64,000 nucleotides of DNA from Euprymna scolopes (lineage: Eukaryota), in NCBI GenBank assembly GCA_053919585.1, contig CM132808.1; one strand, 5' to 3'. Below are positions 53,931-64,000 of this stretch, piece after piece. The position numbers were made by a program, and so were the translations under genes. The number at the start of each line of letters is the position of its first letter. Positions within the stretch are counted from its first letter, which is position 1. The notes under the pieces were generated by a model that saw only the letters and a program-made list of their open reading frames with translations, had not been told where the DNA came from and made no database searches.

Positions 53931-55849
53931 ACGGATCGGTATGAAGCTTAGTCGGGGTGGAGGTCCCCTGGTAAGAATCTTATGACTGTAGGTCAGCGCT
54001 TCACCCTACGTTGTCCGTAACACACTATAAAAATAAAAATAAAATAATGACAAGTAAAGTGTCGGCCACGATTTGTGACCTATTTGACACGTTGTCTGGG
54101 GTTCTCATTAGCACATTTTGTTCCGAACGATTCAAACTCAAAGCAAGAATGACACAACGCTAGAATCTTAAAACACGAATTTTATCCAACATCCTTAAAT
54201 TTAATATCACACCGCAATAGGTTGGGGTGAGGTCGCATGATAAAAAAAACATCATAAAAGAAAGAAAAGAAAACAAGGTGTAAATATATATACCATTTCC
54301 ATTATGGTATGACAGTTCGGCCAAGAGCAAGGAGCGAGCATATCATAATAGTCACTTAACTTTATCCAATTGGACTTATGTATTTAATAATGTCTCCGCA
54401 AAGTTCACCATTCGCGAAATTTTTCCTATTTGGTTTCTTCTTGGATAGGGACGCCCGTCGACATGACGATATTTTTGTTCGTTGCAACCGTTTTCTTATT
54501 CATCTTTAACATCTTCGCTGTGAACTTTCCATGATATCTATTCTCGGCCGAAAGAATTCAACTCCTGTTTATTCCAGAGAAATCTGTTTACGCTGCGCTT
54601 TGGGCATTCCTGAGCACCACCTGCTCATAGCGAGTTTTTTTTTATTCATTATTCGCTCAAACGTAAACAAAACAACCGGTCCATTTGACACCGTTCACTG
54701 CTCTCCCCAGTCTCTTTTTCTTTTCTATTTTTTCTTGCCTCTCAATTCTTTTAAATACGAACGCTATCGTTTTTCACCGTTGACAAAATGCTCAGTTCAA
54801 AAATTGCTTTCTTTATTCGTCCGCGTCGATTTGACTTTTTCTTTCTCTCCCTTTCCCTTTTCCTCAGCTTCGGTGACAGTGGGCTCTCTCTCGCATTGCA
54901 TTTTCAGAGGGAGGGAGGTGTGTGTGTGTACGCCTCGAACGCTAGTGCGTTTATTTATTTATTATTATTATTTCTTTTTTAATTTAAATTCACGCACACC
55001 GAAGGCGAGGGGGTTCATGCTTTCATATTTATATTTGAATTTAAATTCACCGTTCGCTTATTCCTTTATGATTATTTCTTAATTTATCAACCGATATCAA
55101 CCAGCCTCNNNNNNNNNNNNNNNNNNNNNNNNNNNNNNNNNNNNNNNNNNNNNNNNNNNNNNNNNNNNNNNNNNNNNNNNNNNNNNNNNNNNNNNNNNNN
55201 NNNNNNNNNNNNNNNNNNNNNNNNNNNNNNNNNNNNNNNNNNNNNNNNNNNNNNNNNNNNNNNNNNNNNNNNNNNGATTAAAAACAGTTGGTTCAGGATC
55301 CAAGCTCTAATAAATTAAACTCGATACGTCATCGGAGTGCATTTCCCTCACGTGATCAGATGTATCACTGAGGGTAGGATTCTTTAGATGTAATTTTTAC
55401 AAAGTATTATTATTATTTTTGGTGAATTTTGTTCTCATTTCTTGAAGCATCTCTTTATGTCTTTATATTGTCTATTCATGTGTGAATTTATTTAATATTT
55501 ATTTGTGTTTGATTCGTTCTGTGTTGACAAGCTATATACACAAAGATACACGCTGAAGATTCGTCTATATATAAAACTAAAGAAAGTATTAGTAAAAATT
55601 AAAAATACAAATAAAAATATATTATTTGAAACTTATTTATTCGTCATTGGCATGAAATTCAACTGCAGAAATAAATATGTATAGATATGTTTATCTCCTT
55701 CTTTTATATATATTCAGTAACCGCTTGTATCATTGTATTATAACCCGCAAATATATATATATGCAAATATATGTATATATATAAATATACATATATATAT
55801 ATGCATATATATATATGCATATATATACATAATTGCGGGTTATGATACA

Positions 55850-57780
55850 AGTTTTAATGCATTCATCAAAAGGATAATATGGTGAGTATTCCATTATAAC
55901 ACCAAAACATTAGAAAAGAAAAACAACATTCACACACCAGATAAAGAAGATGAGGACACCCCCTCAGGTGAAGAGGAAATATAAATTATGGAAAGTTGTA
56001 TAAAATCAGAACCAGGAATCTTCCCACCCAAAATACAAGCACTGGAGCAATTTTAGTTGGACATTCTGAATTTGGTGAAGGGTTTAAGAGTTAAAATATG
56101 CCATAGACACCTGCACCCTAGGAAAAGAAACTCGCAAACATGACATTCACAAAAATATTAGATAATCCCAATATTAAAGTTCGAGCCGGTAAAACCATAA
56201 ACATCTTTTGTATGGACTTCAATACGTATGATAATCTCATCCAACGTGAACTAAATAAGAATTATTAAAAAGCAAACGATGAAGAACTGCATAGCATAAA
56301 CTTACAAGCATTGAAACAATGTGAGAAAATGAATATTCAGGATAAATTAGAAGTTTATACTCTCTCAATTCTAGATTTTTATTGAAAGATCACAAACCGG
56401 ATTTAACAATAAATAAGACTAATGGCACCATGACTTCAACAATAAATAAGACTAATGTCACCATGCAGGATTTAAGTAAGAAAATACTAGACAGAATTAT
56501 GCCACCCCTAAAGTATAAAATTAAACATAAACTACGGATTTCATCTGGTGATGTAATGGAGTGGTTCCACATAATATCCGGGCTATCCCAAAATGAAATT
56601 TTTTTTTTTTTTAATATTACAATGAAGCCTTAATTAAATCTAATTGCAATGGGAAACTACAATACATAGGGGAGGCTAATTAATAAATAACAGGATAAAC
56701 CATACGATATCATATAATATGGCAATAAAAAAGGAGTAGTGCGAAAAAGGAAAGGAGGCTTATAAACACAAATAAGTACACGAACGAAAGAAGTCAGTAA
56801 TACGGAAACACAGAAGTATTAATGGGATTAAAAAATAAGAGAAATGGACTAAATAAACAAGCATGATTCAACCTTTCATTCAGTGAACATATTCTAAATA
56901 ATATCCCTAGAGAATTTTATAAAATAATTGAGAAAACTTTTTACCTGAAAATAGACTCAGTAAAATAATTGACAAAAACACAGTCAACCTATTCTTCTCG
57001 ACCGCGGAAAACTTAACAAGCACTATAATAGTATCTAACAATAGTAACATATACATAATACTAAATTAGAATAACAATGACGCAGGTGAAATAGATGCTG
57101 CCAAAAAATGCAATTGTCGGGTACTGAATGAATAACCATTGGGGAGTAATTGCTTGATTTCAGAAGTTGTAGACAAATATGAGGTTAAGTAGATAACAGT
57201 AGGAAAGTATACTTGGAGGTACGAATACTACGTTCAGCCAATTCAGCACAGCCGTAGCAGCATATAAAAAACAATCCTTAGAACAAACTTAGTTGTGATA
57301 AAAACAATAATGTATATGAGAATAGCAAAAAAAAAAAAGCACAAGATACGAAACCTTTTTTCTGGGAGAGTTTAGAATAGAGATTAAACCTGAAATCCAA
57401 CTAAATTACGTAAAGTAAAGAAATAAATAAAACACAACAAATGATTAATTACTAAACTAACGATCTCATTAATTCAGAATCATTTCCGGTTTCAAGATAC
57501 TTCAAGTTTAACAATTTTCACCGTAATTTAAAACAAAAATATGAAAATAGGGGCCAAAAACTTTTCATAAACACCGGAAGAGGATTTATCCAAACACGAT
57601 GAGACAGATCGCACCGCAGAATACCGTTATTAACAGGAGGAACACAGTTTCAGATGCGTATTAACCTTTTATTTCTTTAAATAAGTCTGATGAGATGCCA
57701 ACCTCGAAAATTTTGGGACAATATAAAGTTTAAAATTATCTAGTTGATGTCGACATCAATTGTAACATTCGAAAAAACAC
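55850..57780 (+). mobile_element. Decayed Penelope-like element (RT-GIY-YIG), internally deleted
   Basis: Remnants VRAGKTINIF, LKDHKPD, FNLSFS..REFYKIIEK..LSKIIDKNTVNLFFST, CNCRVLNE*PLGSNCLISEVVDKYEV..KVYLGGTNTTF (Cys linker + GIY-YIG). A degenerate hammerhead core ctgatgag..ctcgaaa lies at 57687. Confidence 0.75.
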
Positions 57781-57964
57781 AAATAAGAAATAAAATCTTT
57801 TTCCTTGTTTTTGTTTATGCAATTATATATAAATGCTCGATTACAGAAATGTTAATCATGTTGCTTAATATGTGATTCAATTTACCTGGTTTAATGTCTT
57901 TGATATATGTGCATTGCCATTGGCTAATAGATTTGAATATGTTAACCCTTTGGGGAAGTTTTTG

Positions 57965-58028
<64 letters not shown>

Positions 58029-59269
58029 TAAAAATTTAATGGCTTAGAAGACAAACCAAGTGCATTTTTCAATAAATAAATAGATTTATTTATTTGAAAC
58101 CAAATTTTCGATCTATAAAAAACCTTCCTCAAATATTCCAAGACTTCTTATTATTTTATTTACCATGCTGTAGATGGTAACGCTAGTATGTCTTCATACT
58201 TTTTCATACATACATATATACATATATATATATGTATATATATATATATATGAGAAGCATGCCTTAGTTTGCTTGATGCACTGTGCGTAGTGCGAAAGGA
58301 GTTGTGTTTTAAGGCTTTATCAATACTATTCGTACTAACATCGAGAACACAAGTTAGCATATAAAACAAATATTGATAATATTAGAAGGAAATTGCAACA
58401 ATTTTTAATTATATTATCTTCATTTGCCAACTTAATGTGTTGTACAGATGGTAGGTGTTGATGTCCCAAATTTATGAGAGCGGTATCTCTTCTTTAAGAG
58501 GAAAGTGAAAGGAAACCTTTACAACTATTTGCCAAGGTTTTCCTTGGTCTGCTTTATTTTTTATTATAATTTACATCATTATTTCCAGACGTCAGTGTCG
58601 CAGACTGCTTGGCAATCAATTTCCATGATACGAGTTGTGATGAATATTAAGTATTGTTTGGAATTATTGTAGCTTTTTTAATGTATATAAATGATTATTT
58701 TGTGTGTATTTCGCTTAAAGTGTATATTTTGGATTGTTAATGACCGCTGTATTGGTGTCGGGTAATATCCGGTTTGGGTAAAGCGAAGTGTTTAAGGGAG
58801 ATCCTTCTACAACTGCTTATATACACCAATATGTATACGCGTACACGCCTACGTATATGTGCGTACACACATGCACATACAGGCATACAAGTACATTCAC
58901 ACATGTACACATGTACACACGTACACTTATATATGCACATATTATTTTATTTTGATTATTGAATTCATTTATTTTATTACGTTTATTTGCTTGTTTATTT
59001 ATTTATTTGTTTGTTTTCTATATATTTATTTATTTATTATATTTGTGTGTTTATTTATTTATACATGTATGTAGACATTTATATTTTCTCCTGTGTTATT
59101 TAACCTTTTTTAAATTTATTTATTATATAATGATTTTGTTATTGCAAGTAGAGAATGCATGTCCGAAGTTTTGTTGGTGTTTCTGTGTTTATAATAAGGA
59201 GGCTGTAGTTTAGTTCTGCCCTATTATTTGTTATATATTTCAGCAGTCCCGTGTAATCATTCTTTGTTA

Positions 59270-60500
59270 GGAGACTAAGCGATCGTCCTTCTCTTCTACA
59301 GCATGTCAACGGCTTGATTCATTTAATAGCAGTCGTACAGGAGCAAAAGCAGACGGTACATCCAGTGTTGGACTACCCTGAATTAAATGGAATCGAGGAT
59401 TCGTCCATAACCAACGTAAAAATGTGTGTACAAAAGCTAATACAATGGCGGCGGCAAACTGTCCATTTTAAATAAAAGTGTATTTGTCTCACGCGGCTAA
59501 GATTTGGGTTCAACGTAGCGCCTCATGAAATCTATTATAGACACCATCATGTCGCGAGATCACACAATCGAGTGTGCTGTCGATGATATTTACATTAGTG
59601 AAAGTTTGGTCTCTGCGTTCCGTGTGCGCTATCATTTTTCGAACTTCGATTCGGTCTGCAAAGATCCGATGCGACTAAAAGATGGAGGCAAAGTTCTTGG
59701 CTTGCAGATCCTTGAAGAAAGCGGCACTCTCTAATGAAGATGGGGAAATCAGATTTCTGTAATCCCCGATCTGCTGACTCGTCAGCGTTTGTATTACCTG
59801 CGTGGGAACTTTGTTAGTCATTTTCCCGTCTCTGAATGGCTCAGGATGGCAGTCGAGTTGATCAAGCGCCCGGCAACCACAGCAACCACGGGGTGGGACG
59901 ACGAAGTCAAAGACCCTAATTCTGTCGCATATTAGCGGAGATATTGAACAGGATACGAGGGCAGGATCCCATCGGAGAAGATTCGTCCATAGGATGCAGC
60001 AAGATCACAGTCTGAGCAGATGCGAGTTCCGTAGCTGCGGGTGTGGCATTGGAGACAAGCGGAAACGTCCTCGATGATGCATGTTTGCTACGTCCGACCA
60101 TCGATGTCAGGCATGTAAATTTATCCAAGCTTGACGCCGCGTTCAAGAGGATCAACTTGCTTTCTAGTGGGAGGCAACAACGTTGCACTTGGTCACTGAT
60201 TCGGCGTGTGCGCACCAGCAGATTTCCGACACCGTGACTAGGAAGGCGCAGGTGAATGCGAAGGATGCTGGCGAGATGCGTTTTAGGCGAGGTTTAGGAC
60301 CGTGTAATCACTGGTGAAAGAGTTAAAGTGACCATGGATGTACGCTAGTACTATCTTGTCAGAACCACGCAGATGACCTCACAAGAGTACCGCCAAGGTG
60401 ACTGGATTTACTAAAGGAAGAAGATAGACCGGCGATTGAAAGATGCGCAGCGGTAGCAGGACGACTAGACTAAGACCAGGTAGTCAATGTTCATTGTCAA
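59270..60500 (+). mobile_element. Decayed LTR-retrotransposon pol fragment (RT + RNase H)
   Basis: RLRFGFNVAP-MKSIIDTIMS, DDIYISESLVSA, KVLGLQI, LTRQR, GWDDEV, ADASSVAAGVALE, HVNLSKLDA, VTDS. GC content is elevated relative to the flanks. Confidence 0.8.
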
Positions 60501-60670
60501 TATGTGAAGATACTGACCAAGCATAGCACTTCGTTTACTAGTGAAGAGTTCAAGATATTTTAGGATAGTTGGGACGTGCATCTTCGGTTTCGGTGTGCCT
60601 GCTTGCAACGTGAGAACGCGATAATCCAACTAAACCACAGAACTGTCAAAACCATCACAATGGAGAATTG

Positions 60671-60747
<77 letters not shown>

Positions 60748-61837
60748 TATTTCTGTAGAAATATATTTTCTTATAATATATATCAATCGTTATTTAAGAA
60801 ACTCATTGTAATTACAGAGCAATATAGGGAATAAATGACAGAAAGTTATATTCCAAATTTCGTGATGCTGACCATCTTATAATCTATTCCTTTAATTGAG
60901 TTGATTTATACAATTCTTGACAGTATCTGTTTTGTAGCGCAAAATCAATCACCGCATTGTTATATCAACCAGTGAATCTATTATGCCCTTAACTCATCTG
61001 AAGAAATAGCAACAATCAATCCGTCAAAAGGATATGAAGTGTGATTTGACATGATTAAAATCCGAAAATTGGAAGAGAAGCTGCAAATACCTTTATATTT
61101 TTCTATTACGCCAGATTGAATTTTTATCAACCAGAGTCATTAAACCCAACTAGACGTACTAACAATACACATTAATTTATGAATCTTCTACCAAAATGTT
61201 CTATCACATAATTAGTAAATTTAATTATTCCAATTTGTGTATACATACTTATGGAAATAATATCAATAAATGTAAATTATTATACGTGTTTGTATATACG
61301 AAATTAAACAAAGCTAACAAAATGATTGATTATTTCGGTTATCATAACAAATCAATTGATTTGAATTGAAAACCATACATAATTCAATTCTGTTGGCTAT
61401 TATAATCAAGCTTATTAATCATTACAATGATAACTTTTTAAATCATACAATTCAAAAACTATACGTTTTGTTAAGTTATCGTAATTGTAAATAATTAAAT
61501 TTACTNNNNNNNNNNNNNNNNNNNNNNNNNNNNNNNNNNNNNNNNNNNNNNNNNNNNNNNNNNNNNNNNNNNNNNNNNNNNNNNNNNNNNNNNNNNNNNN
61601 NNNNNNNNNNNNNNNNNNNNNNNNNNNNNNNNNNNNACTCACATGAATTAATATACGAAAGTATAAATTTATGCGTAAACTTTAAGTATTTACTTCAAAA
61701 GTGCTCAATACGTATGTAGAGCTACTTAGTAAGTTATAAAATATATATGGCGATTAAGCTACACTTAATATACCGCGTTTCATCCACTCTAGGACTCGTC
61801 AGGCATAAGCATATATATATATATATATTTTATAACT

Positions 61838-61897
<60 letters not shown>

Positions 61898-62059
61898 CAA
61901 TACTAATTTTTTATATACCTACATACACTAGTGTTTCATCTTTTCAAGAATCATGGCGCATGCTATCACGATAATAGCCAGTCGGGAATCCGGCTATGAA
62001 ACCATCTCTGACTATATTAGCAAGGAACAAATCACACGGCCAACTTTAATCGCGTGAAA

Positions 62060-62490
62060 TATCGTGTATTAGTTCCTTCCCTATTGACTCGAAAACGGCT
62101 GGGGCAGTTTTCATGGAATTTCACAGGAAGGTAATTTATGTACTTGGCAGCATTTTTATATAATCTTTACCGGAATATTTTTTTGTTAATTATCGATAAT
62201 CGGTAATCAAAATAATTTGATGAAAGAAAGAACAGACGATGTTTACTGAAGTTAGCACCTTATTAAGCCTTACACCGCAAGTGCATTAGATAAATTTTAT
62301 TACAAGAAAAGACGAAAGGCTCGACATATAAAAACAAAACTAGGTTTTTATACATAAGACGGGCGCGTTCGCAATTAAAGTGTTCTGTTTACAGCACAAT
62401 TCCCTGATTCTGATGACCATAAATATATGGGAGTCTGAAATATCCGTTGATTATTATTTAATCCTGGGAAACGCCGTGTTTTCCTGCTAG
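62060..62490 (+). mobile_element. Non-autonomous Helitron-like element
   Basis: 5' part resembles 30950-31045; 3' degenerate hairpin cctgggaaacgccgtg then CTAG|T. Confidence 0.55.
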
Positions 62491-62549
<59 letters not shown>

Positions 62550-63497
62550 CTCATTGTGTATGGATAAGGTGCATACACAAATATGGTGAGGAATAAGGTG
62601 ATGTAATATATTGTGAATAGATTTTCAGTATTTACTTTATTAGGTGCGCAATACATAAGTACAGCTTACTCGTAGAATTATGAAATTATACTTGTGTCAT
62701 TTATTCTATACAGAGGCGGATATATTTACTTTCCGCGTATAATGGCGAGAGAATCGTCAGGCTAAATCTAAGTCTGATGATTCCGTAGAAATTAATGGAA
62801 TATAAATATGTCTCTGTAGCTTACCTGCCATATGAATATGTACTACTAAGCTTTTTGCACAAATTGAGTCTTGTTTAAGTAAATGAAAGCAATATAGATG
62901 TTTATACATGAAACAGCAATAACATATTGCGCGCGCACACACACACACATATAAAATAAAATGAAAATAAACTGACTAAAATCGGAACTCATTTAAATGA
63001 AGACAATCGTCTTTGTTCATAAATAGTCTCAATATAAAAAAGCTTCAAATGATATTAAAATATAATGTTTTTCTTCCTTAACTATTAACCGCAGTCTTAT
63101 TTCTCATCTACTTCTATAAATTCGAATTAATGCCTAATCGTTTTTAAAAATGTGTATGTATAGGTTGAATATGAAATCAACATGTATACAAACAGTTAGC
63201 AATGTCTTTTCTGGAGATTAGTTGACGCATAGTAAACTGTTAAGATAAATATATTGAGCACTATTTATTAGTGTTAGGTATTAAATCAATGACCATATAA
63301 TTTCCTTAAATACCTAAAAGAAAACACCAGGCATGGGGTTTCAAACAAAGATCAATCAGAACTTATTTTGCACTATAGTTGCTATATAGTTTCAGAATCT
63401 AGTCAGTAATATTTAAAGCAGAATATAAATTGATAAAGTTATTTATTTCCAAACACAGTTAATGGAAGTAATGTTACAACACTACTTTTTCTACGTC

Positions 63498-63544
<47 letters not shown>

Positions 63545-63889
63545 TTGCGGGACCTGTGGAAATACACAGGGGACTCATTCATATGTAATATATTGATGTT
63601 TGCATTCTGTAGATGTTCAGTGTAAATGGAGACGCTCTGATATTATTGTAGCTCTTTTTGTTAAAACTGCAAAAGTATTTATCTAAGGTAGCACGAACGC
63701 CCGGTAAAGCCAAGTCGTAAAGTACGCTTGAATTATGATATTTCAATTTTTGTAGATTCCGTATATATTATTATAGTGTTAATGTTCTCTCGATTTTTAT
63801 ATGTTATAAAGTTGCGATTTCCACAATAAAAAAATATATTTATATGACTTTGGTGCATTAACTGGAATCGAAACCGAAATAAAAACTGA

Positions 63890-63957
<68 letters not shown>

Positions 63958-64000
63958 CTTGAGTTCCTTCAGCCCTAACCGAAACCAAAACTTATAAATA

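Noticed and set aside
54531-55082. 183-aa ORF
   Set aside because: F/S/L-rich low-complexity product of T-rich DNA with no recognisable domain.
62408-62440. Hammerhead-like CTGATGA-CCATA..TATGG
   Set aside because: Stem II is not followed by GAAA, and stems I and III could not be formed.
40233-63988. Numerous short ORFs with YIYIYI, HTHTHT or X runs
   Set aside because: These are translations of microsatellites and N gaps.

Overview
AT-rich animal (eukaryotic) genomic DNA with no recognisable host protein-coding gene. It is dense in (TA)n/(CA)n/(TAA)n microsatellites and has 12 short N gaps; the repeat content resembles a cephalopod/mollusc assembly, which is inference only. The dominant feature is an ~18.8 kb tandem array of a 39-bp unit (8101-26891, ~480 copies) with nested higher-order duplications. 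The array sits inside a decayed Ty3/Gypsy retrotransposon, and its unit appears to derive from that element's gag reading frame. The rest is a mosaic of decayed mobile elements: an R4/Dong-type RLE LINE, a near full-length RTE LINE with three C-terminal C2H2 fingers, a complete IR/DR Tc1 (DD34E) transposon, a candidate 5S-derived SINE, non-autonomous Helitrons, fold-back MITEs, CR1/L2-like LINE fragments, a Penelope-like element and a second LTR pol remnant. There is also one well-formed minimal hammerhead ribozyme and several degenerate ones. The long minus-strand ORFs in the array are by-products of a 13-codon period. All family assignments come from manual motif recognition; no database search was run.
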